The notes: generated by a model from the sequence alone, not told the origin. Positions 12,801 to 28,920 are shown, counted from the stretch's first letter. The stretch: DNA of 64,000 nt from Eledone cirrhosa (GCA_964016885.1 OZ024740.1:217744001-217808000), one strand, 5' to 3'. Made by a program: numbers and translations.

Positions 12801-15800
12801 AATCGAATCGAATCGAATCGAATCGAATCGAATCGAATCGAATCGAATCGAATCGAATCGAATCGAATCGAATCGAATCGAATCGAATCGAATCGAATCG
12901 AATCGAATCGAATCGAATCGAATCGAATCGAATCGAATCGAATCGAATCGAATCGAATCGAATCGAATCGAATCGAATCGAATCGAATCGAATCGAATCG
13001 AATCGAATCGAATCGAATCGAATCGAATCGAATCGAATCGAATCGAATCGAATCGAATCGAATCGAATCGAATCGAATCGAATCGAATCGAATCGAATCG
13101 AATCGAATCGAATCGAATCGAATCGAATCGAATCGAATCGAATCGAATCGAATCGAATCGAATCGAATCGAATCGAATCGAATCGAATCGAATCGAATCG
13201 AATCGAATCGAATCGAATCGAATCGAATCGAATCGAATCGAATCGAATCGAATCGAATCGAATCGAATCGAATCGAATCGAATCGAATCGAATCGAATCG
13301 AATCGAATCGAATCGAATCGAATCGAATCGAATCGAATCGAATCGAATCGAATCGAATCGAATCGAATCGAATCGAATCGAATCGAATCGAATCGAATCG
13401 AATCGAATCGAATCGAATCGAATCGAATCGAATCGAATCGAATCGAATCGAATCGAATCGAATCGAATCGAATCGAATCGAATCGAATCGAATCGAATCG
13501 AATCGAATCGAATCGAATCGAATCGAATCGAATCGAATCGAATCGAATCGAATCGAATCGAATCGAATCGAATCGAATCGAATCGAATCGAATCGAATCG
13601 AATCGAATCGAATCGAATCGAATCGAATCGAATCGAATCGAATCGAATCGAATCGAATCGAATCGAATCGAATCGAATCGAATCGAATCGAATCGAATCG
13701 AATCGAATCGAATCGAATCGAATCGAATCGAATCGAATCGAATCGAATCGAATCGAATCGAATCGAATCGAATCGAATCGAATCGAATCGAATCGAATCG
13801 AATCGAATCGAATCGAATCGAATCGAATCGAATCGAATCGAATCGAATCGAATCGAATCGAATCGAATCGAATCGAATCGAATCGAATCGAATCGAATCG
13901 AATCGAATCGAATCGAATCGAATCGAATCGAATCGAATCGAATCGAATCGAATCGAATCGAATCGAATCGAATCGAATCGAATCGAATCGAATCGAATCG
14001 AATCGAATCGAATCGAATCGAATCGAATCGAATCGAATCGAATCGAATCGAATCGAATCGAATCGAATCGAATCGAATCGAATCGAATCGAATCGAATCG
14101 AATCGAATCGAATCGAATCGAATCGAATCGAATCGAATCGAATCGAATCGAATCGAATCGAATCGAATCGAATCGAATCGAATCGAATCGAATCGAATCG
14201 AATCGAATCGAATCGAATCGAATCGAATCGAATCGAATCGAATCGAATCGAATCGAATCGAATCGAATCGAATCGAATCGAATCGAATCGAATCGAATCG
14301 AATCGAATCGAATCGAATCGAATCGAATCGAATCGAATCGAATCGAATCGAATCGAATCGAATCGAATCGAATCGAATCGAATCGAATCGAATCGAATCG
14401 AATCGAATCGAATCGAATCGAATCGAATCGAATCGAATCGAATCGAATCGAATCGAATCGAATCGAATCGAATCGAATCGAATCGAATCGAATCGAATCG
14501 AATCGAATCGAATCGAATCGAATCGAATCGAATCGAATCGAATCGAATCGAATCGAATCGAATCGAATCGAATCGAATCGAATCGAATCGAATCGAATCG
14601 AATCGAATCGAATCGAATCGAATCGAATCGAATCGAATCGAATCGAATCGAATCGAATCGAATCGAATCGAATCGAATCGAATCGAATCGAATCGAATCG
14701 AATCGAATCGAATCGAATCGAATCGAATCGAATCGAATCGAATCGAATCGAATCGAATCGAATCGAATCGAATCGAATCGAATCGAATCGAATCGAATCG
14801 AATCGAATCGAATCGAATCGAATCGAATCGAATCGAATCGAATCGAATCGAATCGAATCGAATCGAATCGAATCGAATCGAATCGAATCGAATCGAATCG
14901 AATCGAATCGAATCGAATCGAATCGAATCGAATCGAATCGAATCGAATCGAATCGAATCGAATCGAATCGAATCGAATCGAATCGAATCGAATCGAATCG
15001 AATCGAATCGAATCGAATCGAATCGAATCGAATCGAATCGAATCGAATCGAATCGAATCGAATCGAATCGAATCGAATCGAATCGAATCGAATCGAATCG
15101 AATCGAATCGAATCGAATCGAATCGAATCGAATCGAATCGAATCGAATCGAATCGAATCGAATCGAATCGAATCGAATCGAATCGAATCGAATCGAATCG
15201 AATCGAATCGAATCGAATCGAATCGAATCGAATCGAATCGAATCGAATCGAATCGAATCGAATCGAATCGAATCGAATCGAATCGAATCGAATCGAATCG
15301 AATCGAATCGAATCGAATCGAATCGAATCGAATCGAATCGAATCGAATCGAATCGAATCGAATCGAATCGAATCGAATCGAATCGAATCGAATCGAATCG
15401 AATCGAATCGAATCGAATCGAATCGAATCGAATCGAATCGAATCGAATCGAATCGAATCGAATCGAATCGAATCGAATCGAATCGAATCGAATCGAATCG
15501 AATCGAATCGAATCGAATCGAATCGAATCGAATCGAATCGAATCGAATCGAATCGAATCGAATCGAATCGAATCGAATCGAATCGAATCGAATCGAATCG
15601 AATCGAATCGAATCGAATCGAATCGAATCGAATCGAATCGAATCGAATCGAATCGAATCGAATCGAATCGAATCGAATCGAATCGAATCGAATCGAATCG
15701 AATCGAATCGAATCGAATCGAATCGAATCGAATCGAATCGAATCGAATCGAATCGAATCGAATCGAATCGAATCGAATCGAATCGAATCGAATCGAATCG

Positions 15801-17676
15801 AATCGAATCGAATCGAATCGAATCGAATCGAATCGAATCGAATCGAATCGAATCGAATCGAATCGAATCGAATCGAATCGAATCGAATCGAATCGAATCG
15901 AATCGAATCGAATCGAATCGAATCGAATCGAATCGAATCGAATCGAATCGAATCGAATCGAATCGAATCGAATCGAATCGAATCGAATCGAATCGAATCG
16001 AATCGAATCGAATCGAATCGAATCGAATCGAATCGAATCGAATCGAATCGAATCGAATCGAATCGAATCGAATCGAATCGAATCGAATCGAATCGAATCG
16101 AATCGAATCGAATCGAATCGAATCGAATCGAATCGAATCGAATCGAATCGAATCGAATCGAATCGAATCGAATCGAATCGAATCGAATCGAATCGAATCG
16201 AATCGAATCGAATCGAATCGAATCGAATCGAATCGAATCGAATCGAATCGAATCGAATCGAATCGAATCGAATCGAATCGAATCGAATCGAATCGAATCG
16301 AATCGAATCGAATCGAATCGAATCGAATCGAATCGAATCGAATCGAATCGAATCGAATCGAATCGAATCGAATCGAATCGAATCGAATCGAATCGAATCG
16401 AATCGAATCGAATCGAATCGAATCGAATCGAATCGAATCGAATCGAATCGAATCGAATCGAATCGAATCGAATCGAATCGAATCGAATCGAATCGAATCG
16501 AATCGAATCGAATCGAATCGAATCGAATCGAATCGAATCGAATCGAATCGAATCGAATCGAATCGAATCGAATCGAATCGAATCGAATCGAATCGAATCG
16601 AATCGAATCGAATCGAATCGAATCGAATCGAATCGAATCGAATCGAATCGAATCGAATCGAATCGAATCGAATCGAATCGAATCGAATCGAATCGAATCG
16701 AATCGAATCGAATCGAATCGAATCGAATCGAATCGAATCGAATCGAATCGAATCGAATCGAATCGAATCGAATCGAATCGAATCGAATCGAATCGAATCG
16801 AATCGAATCGAATCGAATCGAATCGAATCGAATCGAATCGAATCGAATCGAATCGAATCGAATCGAATCGAATCGAATCGAATCGAATCGAATCGAATCG
16901 AATCGAATCGAATCGAATCGAATCGAATCGAATCGAATCGAATCGAATCGAATCGAATCGAATCGAATCGAATCGAATCGAATCGAATCGAATCGAATCG
17001 AATCGAATCGAATCGAATCGAATCGAATCGAATCGAATCGAATCGAATCGAATCGAATCGAATCGAATCGAATCGAATCGAATCGAATCGAATCGAATCG
17101 AATCGAATCGAATCGAATCGAATCGAATCGAATCGAATCGAATCGAATCGAATCGAATCGAATCGAATCGAATCGAATCGAATCGAATCGAATCGAATCG
17201 AATCGAATCGAATCGAATCGAATCGAATCGAATCGAATCGAATCGAATCGAATCGAATCGAATCGAATCGAATCGAATCGAATCGAATCGAATCGAATCG
17301 AATCGAATCGAATCGAATCGAATCGAATCGAATCGAATCGAATCGAATCGAATCGAATCGAATCGAATCGAATCGAATCGAATCGAATCGAATCGAATCG
17401 AATCGAATCGAATCGAATCGAATCGAATCGAATCGAATCGAATCGAATCGAATCGAATCGAATCGAATCGAATCGAATCGAATCGAATCGAATCGAATCG
17501 AATCGAATCGAATCGAATCGAATCGAATCGAATCGAATCGAATCGAATCGAATCGAATCGAATCGAATCGAATCGAATCGAATCGAATCGAATCGAATCG
17601 AATCGAATCGAATCGAATCGAATCGAATCGAATCGAATCGAATCGAATCGAATCGAATCGAATCGAATCGAATCGA
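6883..17676. repeat. (AATCG)n pentanucleotide satellite, ~10.8 kb, ~2,160 units
   Basis: No interruption seen. The ORF track reads through uninterrupted as (SNRIE)n and (DSIRF)n. Confidence 0.99.
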
Positions 17677-17697
17677 TGTGCAGCTTACAGTCTCGAA

Positions 17698-17777
17698 TTT
17701 TGCTGACTGATGCTCCATGTGGACTGTTACACTACACATATAGGTGGTGAAACGAAACTAGGTTCGTATCAGCAAAA
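17698..17777 (+). ncRNA. Type I hammerhead-like motif with variant core (CTGATGC)
   Basis: TTTTGCTGA-CTGATGC-tCCA...TGGt-GAAA-CGAA(actagg)TTCG-TA^TCAGCAAAA: 9-bp stem I, full stem III, A9 replaced by C. Confidence 0.7.
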
Positions 17778-17887
17778 CATAGTTATAAGGTTTGTTATTT
17801 AAAATTCCAAACCAGAGATTTGATTCTGATCTGTTTTTTTTTCTCTTTGTAGATATTGTTCCCTGTACAGTAATATATATATATATA

Positions 17888-17951
<64 letters not shown>

Positions 17952-18057
17952 TATATATATATATATTCATATATATTCATATATATATATATATTCATAT
18001 ATATTCATATATATATATATATATATATTTCTTTATATATATATATTTTCATATATA

Positions 18058-19010
18058 GTAATAATAATAAATTTGAAGACTAAAATCCAAAGAGGGCTCG
18101 ATAAGGATAAATATATATCAAATATATAAGAACCGTAGAGCAAATATTTATTAAAACAAGATATTAAAGTTTAAGCAAAGAATCGCTGCTTTCACCCTTA
18201 GTCTGAAACTAACAAAGTCAATCTGTCAACGCAGAGCTGGATATTTCACAAAACGTTGCACCCGGAGGAAGGCAAGAAGACGATACTTTGGTTCGTGGAA
18301 AGGTTCGCTACGTCTCCGAACATTCGTGTATTTATATGTGGTTATGTGTGTGCGCTTGTTATATACGTATTTATTTATTTATATACGTTTATATAATTAT
18401 TTATTTATTTGTATACACGCATACACACACACATATTTATATGGGCGTGGTTTTGTATACCTATGGTAAGTGTTTGCGTATGCTTGTGTATGTACGTATT
18501 TGTTTCCGTGTATGTATTTATTTATTTCTATTACTTCTGTATTGTATTTATTTACTTTGTTCTTAACACTGTAGTGGAGATTCATTTGGTCTCCTAGTTA
18601 GAATTTTAGTCGACGACTTCTGCAATACCATTTACGTGGTTGTGTCTTTGCGTGCTATTGTTCTCCACTCTCCACATATGACGTATTATCTTCGTTTTTT
18701 CGTTCATTGCTAGAGAACGTCTCTATGCACCACCTAAGAGAACATTAGTCTATGACATTTTTTATACCATAAACGTGGTTCTGTCTTTGCGCGTAATTGT
18801 CTTTCACCGCTCCTATTAATGACGTATTATTTGTTCTTTCCCGTTCTTTGCCAGAACCAAAGTATCGTCTTCCTGTCTTCCTCCGGTTGCAACGTTTTTT
18901 TAAATATCCAGCTCTGCGTTTACAGATTGACTTTGTTAGTTTCAGAAGATCCCGTTAAGGGTGTAAGCCGCGATTCTTTGCTTAAACTTTAATCTGATAT
19001 TTTAATAAAT
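18058..19010. mobile_element. Diverged fold-back element (inverted arms ~18142-18294 and ~18854-19010)
   Basis: Arms are imperfect reverse complements, flanked by (TA)n. The right arm has a degenerate hammerhead-like string (CAGAAGA-tCCCgttaaGGGt-GTAA; GAAA in the left arm). Confidence 0.7.
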
Positions 19011-19015
19011 ATATA

Positions 19016-19055
<40 letters not shown>

Positions 19056-19083
19056 TATATATATATATATTCATATATATATA

Positions 19084-19572
19084 GTTATACTTGGGGGGGG
19101 GGGGTCATATTTGTGTAATATTGCCAGAATTAATAACAGAACACACTCACTGTTTGGTTGGTTTTCGCTTCTCGCTTCTGTGTCTTTTATATCGGTAATC
19201 TAACTTACTCGGTCCTCAATGTTGCCATTGATTGACCGACGGTCAAAAATAATACAGATACAATATAGACACAAACACATATATATAGTTTATCATAAAC
19301 TATATATATGTGTTTGTTATGATAAACTATATATATGTGTTTGTGTCTATATTGTATCTGTATTATTTTTGACCGTCGGTCAGTCAATGGCAACATTGAG
19401 GACCGAGTAAGTTAGATTACCGATATAAAAGACACAGAAGCGAGAGGCGAAAACCAACCAAACAGTGAGTGTGTTCTGTTATTAATTCTGGCAATATTAC
19501 ACAAATATGACCCTCCCAAGTATAACAATATTTGTTTCGACACACAATTTCATATAAAAAACCTCGCAAAAC
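19084..19572. mobile_element. Near-perfect hairpin element (~210-bp arms) with an asymmetric ~45-bp tail
   Basis: 19084-~19295 is the reverse complement of ~19318-19527. The extra tail 19528-19572 is related to the tail of the next element. Confidence 0.85.
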
Positions 19573-19588
19573 TATATATATATATATA

Positions 19589-19680
<92 letters not shown>

Positions 19681-19724
19681 TATATATATATATATATATT
19701 CATATATATATATATATATATATA

Positions 19725-19760
<36 letters not shown>

Positions 19761-19772
19761 TATATATATATT

Positions 19773-20544
19773 TCGTTTCTGAATTTGTTTAGCAAGATTC
19801 TTTATCTGAAATCGTGTGTTGAAACCGATATTGTTATACTTTGGGAGGGTCATGTTGCCAATAAGAAACACACGCACCAGTTGCTTTCACTTCAATTTAT
19901 TATATATTTATAAATTTATAAATTTACAAATCTACAAACTTATAAATTATAAATTTCTGGTTGGTTGGTTGGTTCCACAACCAGATAGTTGTTTATATAT
20001 AGTCATAGTCCTTTCGTCACACACTCTGTGAGCTCTTCAGTGACTGGGGAATCCGTCCTTTGTTTCTGTGCCTTTCCTTTCTTCTGTCCTACACCATTTT
20101 GTTTCTTTTTTGTGTGTTGTGTGCTCAGTTTGCGCATGCGCCACATCCGGGTGTCTGTGTGTGTTTGTGTTCATTTATCTATTTGTTTATTTATTTACAT
20201 GTTGTTGGTTGGTTGTTTGTTCTATGTGTGTGTGTGTTTTCATTTTGTCCTTATGTCCGGATGTGGCGCACACAGAAACAAAATGGCGTAGGACAGAAGA
20301 AAGGAAAGGCACAGAAACAAAGAAAGGAATCCCCAGTCACTGAAGAGGTCACAGAGTGTGTGACGAAAGGACTATGACTATATATAAACAACTATCTGGT
20401 TGTGGAACCAACCAACCAACCAGAAATTTATAATTTATAAGTTTGTAGATTTGTAAATTTATAAATTTATAAATATATAATAAATTGAAGTGAAAGCAAC
20501 TGGTGCGTGTGTTTCTTATTGGCAACATGACCCTCCCAAAGTAT

Positions 20545-20548
<4 letters not shown>
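19773..20548. mobile_element. Hairpin element (~310-bp arms) with asymmetric tail and a hammerhead in each arm (family D)
   Basis: Arms ~19831-20150 and ~20255-20548; tail 19773-19830. The terminus GTTATACTTTGGGAGGGTCAT is shared with the 19084 element. Confidence 0.85.
20335..20379 (+). ncRNA. Minimal hammerhead, family D (mirror copy at 20001-20045, minus strand)
   Basis: AGTCA-CTGAAGA-gGTCACA(gagtg)TGTGAC-GAAA-GGAC-TA^TGACT. Confidence 0.75.
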
Positions 20549-20634
<86 letters not shown>

Positions 20635-20696
20635 TATATATATATATTCATATATATACATATATTCATATATATATATATTCATATATATATATA

Positions 20697-20738
<42 letters not shown>

Positions 20739-20786
20739 TATATATATATACATATGAATATATGAATATATATATATATATATATA

Positions 20787-20868
<82 letters not shown>

Positions 20869-20904
20869 TATATATATATACATATGAATATATATATATA
20901 TATA

Positions 20905-20966
<62 letters not shown>

Positions 20967-21000
20967 TATATATATATATATATGAATATATATATATATA

Positions 21001-21078
<78 letters not shown>

Positions 21079-21082
<4 letters not shown>

Positions 21083-21208
21083 GATAGACATAGAATATTC
21101 GAAAATATTCTGTATGTTTATAATAAACATTTTGAAGACCTAATCGCTATAGAATAGAATACGTCACGTATTACAATTAGATTCTCGATAAAATTCAGAG
21201 CATTTAAT

Positions 21209-21210
<2 letters not shown>
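21079..21210. repeat. Dispersed truncated copy of the 310-bp satellite monomer, with a short inverted segment
   Basis: 21079-21193 matches 51046-51159. 21194-21210 (TTCAGAGCATTTAATCC) is the reverse complement of monomer GGAATAAATGCTCTGAA with 1 mismatch. Confidence 0.9.
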
Positions 21211-21246
<36 letters not shown>

Positions 21247-21318
21247 TATATATATATATATATATATTCATATATATATATATTCATATATATATATATA
21301 TTCATATATATATATATA

Positions 21319-21382
<64 letters not shown>

Positions 21383-21466
21383 TATATATATATATATTCA
21401 TATATATATATATATTCATATATATATATATTCATATATATATATATATTCATATATATATATATA

Positions 21467-21516
<50 letters not shown>

Positions 21517-21532
21517 TATATATATATATATA

Positions 21533-23350
21533 ACTTTGAATAACTTTGAAATGTTTTGGCCAGTATTGGCCCAGGCCATGTCTAACTTAATAGCACCACC
21601 TGGCGAAGTCTTTCAACTCAGGATTTGGACACCATGGCCCATTCGAGAAGAGAATTACTGTTTGCGGAGACATATCCGGGTGTGGGTGGTTTGTCCGGGA
21701 TTACTTGGAGGAATTTGTCCAAAGACTTCTTGAACTTTGTGTGGTCAGTTTCTATTTTGACGTGTCCTGGTGTGATGTTGAAGAGAGCAGGGCCAATTGA
21801 GGTGAAATAATTGTGCCGTATTGTTGTTTTGTGTTGCGATTTAGATTTTTGTTTGGGACGGATAGCACGGGGCCCAAGCATTGGGTGTATTTTGAAAGTG
21901 ATGCCAACATCATTTGGGCAGTGTTGATGAAATATTTTCCACATCATGCAGATAATATAACGCTCACGGAGACGTTGGAGTGAGTAAAGTTTCAGTTTTT
22001 CTAGTCGACCCCAGTAGTCAAGGTCTGACATGCCATGTATCTTTTTCGTGATTGCCCTTTGGGGAGCTTCAAGTTTCATGATACTTTGTTTCGTGTGGGG
22101 AGACCACAGTGGACAACAGTATTCAAGGTGTGGTCGGGAAAATGTGGAGAAGAGAAGGATAATGGTGTGGGAATCTCTCGACTGGAAGGTTCTGAGGATC
22201 CAGGAACACATTCTGCGGGCCATGTCAACTTTGCTGCTTATATGCGTGGCCCAGCTTATGTTGCTGTCCACGGTTACTCCCAAGTCTCTGATGTTGTTAG
22301 ATGCCACAAGAGGGAAGGGAGTACGGGAGTTTCAGAGCATCTTCTTTTCCAAAGTGGATCAGTTCGAATTGGTCTTCGTTCAGTAACATGTTGTTCTTTT
22401 CCGCCCATTGGGTAACAGCCAGTAGGTCTGACTGAAGGCTTATCCGGTCATCCACGCCATTGATGACCTTTTGGAGCTTGGAATCATCAGCGAAAATTCT
22501 AATGTTGCTGTGTTTGATGATGTCAGTGATGTCATTAATATAGATGATGAAGAGAAGTGGGCCCAACACAGTGCCTTGTGGGACCCCACTACTGACTTTG
22601 GCTGGGCTGGATTTGACTCCTTCGACTACAACATGTTGGGTTCTGTTTGACAGGAAGCTCTTGATCCACTGCAGCAGCTTTCCAGTGACACCAATATTGG
22701 ACAGCTTTCTCAGTAGAATGTTGTGATCAACCCTGTCAAAGGCCTTGCTGAAATCAAGGTAGATATCATCAGTGTTGGAACCCTCTCCCAAGGCTCTCAA
22801 AATGTCATCAAAGTGATGCAGTAGCTGCGCCAGGCAATCCCTTCCATTACGGAATAGATGCTGGTTGGAGTTCAGCATATTGTTACTCTCAAGGAAGTGA
22901 GTCATTCGCGATCTCACCACTCTCTCAAATACGTTAATGATATGAGAGGTGAGAGAGATTGGACGGTAATTCACCGCAAGGGATTTGTTTCCTTTTTTGA
23001 AAACTGTGACAACAGACTGGGATAGAAGGTTTTCTGGCATATATCCAGCATCCAGTGAGTTCCCCACAGATTGGCAAGAGGAGATGCAAGTTGGTGTTGA
23101 CACGCCTTCAAGACACAAGCAGGGAACCTATCGGGACCTACTGCTGAATTATGCTTGATTTCCTTTATTGCCGCTAAGACATCAGGGGCGCCAAACGTTA
23201 TGTCCGATAAGGTGTAATGGGGAGTAACATCGCCGATACAGCCCAGATCGGCCATATCAGGATTGCTGAAAACAGAGCAGTATTGTTTCTGCAGTATCTC
23301 ACCCATGGTTTTAGCATTGTCTTGAATAGTGCCATTTTCATCAATTAGAA
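21533..23350 (-). mobile_element. 5'-truncated CR1-group LINE (RT and C-terminal domain, frameshifted)
   Basis: NYRPISLTS, YLDFSKAFDRV, SGVPQGTVLGPLLF, FADD, RPHLEYCCPLWSP motifs in ORFs 22971-23306, 22297-23118 and 21618-22307. 3' end (TTCAAAGTTA)2 joins (TA)n. Confidence 0.9.
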
Positions 23351-23410
23351 TATATATGTTTCGAGATAAAATAAGTGTAAGGATATCATGTCCAGCTCTC
23401 TTCAGTAAAC
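23351..23410 (-). ncRNA. Partial hammerhead-like core (stem I 3' strand missing)
   Basis: CTGAAGA-GAG...CTC-GAAA-CATATATA, ending at the LINE 5' junction. Confidence 0.4.
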
Positions 23411-23704
23411 ATCCCGAACTAATTGATATGCTTCACTTCTAAATAATCTCGAAACATATTTGGATTTTAAAGTTTAAACTTATCTACGGAACAGGTTTGA
23501 TTTTGAAATTTAAATGTGTCTAAACATCACGGACACTTGGCGATACTGTCTGTCTTTGTTGATTTATTATTTTAAATCGATATAGGCAGGCTGTAATATT
23601 ATAATTAGTATGTTTCATTCTGGCTAACTAAATTTCTTTTGCAATATATATGCAGATATGTTGGTATTTGTGTTTCATCATATATATTAATTTATATTTA
23701 AATG

Positions 23705-23787
<83 letters not shown>

Positions 23788-23983
23788 TATATATATATAC
23801 ACGGACAGTTACACATTTGCATTGTCGAGGCTTCCAAACGACTTATAGCTATTTACTTATTGTTCCACAATGCTTCAAGCAAACTTCAATACTCTCATAT
23901 ATATATATATATTCATATATATATATATATTCATATATATATATTCATATATATATATATATATTCATATATATATATATATA

Positions 23984-25091
<1,108 letters not shown>

Positions 25092-25102
25092 TATATATAT
25101 TG

Positions 25103-25174
<72 letters not shown>

Positions 25175-25192
25175 TTTATATATATATATATA

Positions 25193-25274
<82 letters not shown>

Positions 25275-25406
25275 TATATATATATTCATATATATATATA
25301 TATATTCATATATATATATTCATATATATATATATATATATATTCATATATATTCATATATATATATATATATTCATATATATATATTCATATATATATA
25401 TATATA

Positions 25407-25444
<38 letters not shown>

Positions 25445-25633
25445 TATATATATATTCATATATATATATATATATATATATATTCATATATATTCATATA
25501 TATATATATATATTCATATATATATATATATTCATATATATATATATATTCATATGTATATATATATATATTCATATATATATATATATATATTCATATA
25601 TATATATATATATTCATATATATATATATATAC

Positions 25634-25710
<77 letters not shown>

Positions 25711-25712
<2 letters not shown>

Positions 25713-25906
25713 ACCAGTAATACCCCGACAACTGAGCTCAAGCCGTTTCGACGGCTAATTCTGGACTCAGTCCAGAATTAGCAGTCGAAACGGCTTGAGC
25801 TCAGCTGTCGGGGTCTTACTGGTTCCTATTACCCACTCTACTACCTCAAGTATTGAGTACTTTGGTGCGTTATGGTCCACCTGGTTCCTTACCACATTTC
25901 CTTCGT
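25711..25906. mobile_element. Small hairpin element (~55-bp arms) with an ~80-bp tail, in (TA)n
   Basis: ACCAGTAA.ACCCCGACA.CTGAGCTCAAGCCGTTTCGAC.GCTAATTCTGGACT is followed directly by its reverse complement. Confidence 0.75.
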
Positions 25907-25926
25907 TATATATATATATATATATA

Positions 25927-26010
<84 letters not shown>

Positions 26011-26041
26011 ATATATATAAATTCATATATATATATATATA

Positions 26042-26093
<52 letters not shown>

Positions 26094-26169
26094 TATATAT
26101 ATATATATTCATATATATATATATATATTCATATATATATGTATATTCATATATATATATATATATATA

Positions 26170-26218
<49 letters not shown>

Positions 26219-26290
26219 TCATATATATATATATATACTCATATATATATATATATATATATACTCATATATATATATATATATTCATAT

Positions 26291-26336
<46 letters not shown>

Positions 26337-26350
26337 TATATATATATATA

Positions 26351-26436
<86 letters not shown>

Positions 26437-26637
26437 TATATATATATATATTCATATATATATATTCATATATATATATATATTCATATATATATATATA
26501 TATATATATTCATATATATATATTCATATATGGAAAGTTATATTTAAATTGTTGGGTTAACAACGAGTAAATATTTATATATATATATATTCATATATAT
26601 ATATATATATTCATATATATATATATATATATATATA

Positions 26638-26685
<48 letters not shown>

Positions 26686-26718
26686 TATATATATATATAT
26701 ATGAATATATATACATAT

Positions 26719-26787
<69 letters not shown>

Positions 26788-26804
26788 TATATATATATAT
26801 ATGA

Positions 26805-26865
<61 letters not shown>

Positions 26866-26955
26866 TACATATATATATATATATGAATATATATATATAT
26901 TCATATATATATATATTCATATATATATGAATATATATATATATATATATATATA

Positions 26956-27025
<70 letters not shown>

Positions 27026-27153
27026 TATATATATATATATATATATGAATATATATATATATGAATATATATATATATATATATATATGAATATATATAT
27101 ATATATTCATATATATATATATATATATATATTCATATATATATATATATATA

Positions 27154-27247
<94 letters not shown>

Positions 27248-27359
27248 TATATATATATATATATATTCATATATATATATATATATATATATATACTCAT
27301 ATATATATATATATATACTCATATATATATATATATATATATACTCATATATATATATA

Positions 27360-27395
<36 letters not shown>

Positions 27396-28920
27396 TATAC
27401 ATGGAAAGTTATATTTAAATTGTTGGGTTACAACTAGTAAATATTTATAACTGATATAAAAGCACTCGACAAGTATTTGGAGTATATTTACGATATTAAA
27501 TAAATGGAAACTATAATTATAAAACCATATCTATTTCATTATATATATTTCAGGGATATCATATTAACAATATGCTATGCCTTCCTCAGATAAAATACAA
27601 TATAAACAGTTTTATAGATAAATAGATTTGACATACCGTACAACATCGACTTGTATTTGAAAAGTTGAATTGGCAGTGAAAAAATTGTAAACGGAAAGAA
27701 AGAAAGAGAGAAAAAAAAGAAAAGAAAGACAGAAAACGAAGAAAAAGAAGAAAAAGAAGAAATGCATGGAACAAAATAGAGAGCTGGAAAGATAGATAAA
27801 GAGAAGAACTTCATGTAAAGAAACAGAGAGAGATATATATAGAGAGAGGAAATAGATAGAGATAGATATATATATAGAAAAATATGTTGTTGGACATCCG
27901 TTGAGTAAACGTATCAATGATACATTTATTTATTTATTTATTTATTTAGCTCTAGTATTAATGTACGGGAGATATATGTGGTTAGGAGAGAAACCAGCTG
28001 TTATATAGAGAGAAAATGAAAAGTAACCAGACATAGGCGAGGCATAAAAATGTTTTAATGTAGAAGTATTAGTATGTATAAAAACCAGTCACTATATTGT
28101 AAATATCAGTATTCCTGAATGAGACACGTATCCATAATGTGTGAAAAGTAATGATCTTATGTTTAGTTTTAAAAAATTCATATGTTTATATGATAACTAC
28201 AAACATCGATGTGAATTTACATGATCAACTCTGCAAACCCTAAGTTCACACGGAAAACATTCTCATTGTGCTATAAAAATTTAAGTATACATATATGTGT
28301 ATATATATACACATATATATATAGAGTCTATATTACTACTATTCTTGTCTTTACTCTACAAGATTATCTATCAAGCAGAAATAGAGAGCAGATTTCAATA
28401 TATTAATAAAAAAAATATATATCAGAAACAAAAACCAAAAAATAACAATAATAATAATAATAAATAATAATAAAATAGAAAACTAAAAAATATTACGAAA
28501 AAATATTACATATTAAAAATATTACATATTAAAATAAAAATATTAGAAAATACTACAATAATAAAAATAAACCACAAAGATCAACCCTTCAAAATTAATT
28601 GACAATATATTGCCAAGTTCATTATAAGCATCAGAGTCTAAAACAGATAAAGCTAAACATTATTTATCAAATCGCATCTAGCAAAAATCATTTCAAAAAG
28701 TTTAGGATGCCCATTTGGTCTACATGTGTTATTATATTTAATATAGAGGTTTATCTAGTGTAACGTTTATTCGAAATATTTGGAGCATCAACTTTCAGGG
28801 TAGTTTAATTTTTCATGAAGAATGTTTAAACAAAAATAAAAATAAAAAGAAGAATAAAAAGAAGAAATCGAAAGATTTATCGGCTAGTTTCCCAGATAAT
28901 TATAAATCAAACTAAATATA

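Noticed and set aside
6883-17676. Telomeric repeat
   Set aside because: The array is internal, not G-rich on one strand, and unlike the TTAGGG typical of molluscs.
6757-17750. Three ~3,600-aa ORFs, (SNRIE)n and (DSIRF)n
   Set aside because: The AATCG repeat has no stop codon in any frame, so these ORFs are automatic and are not evidence of a gene.
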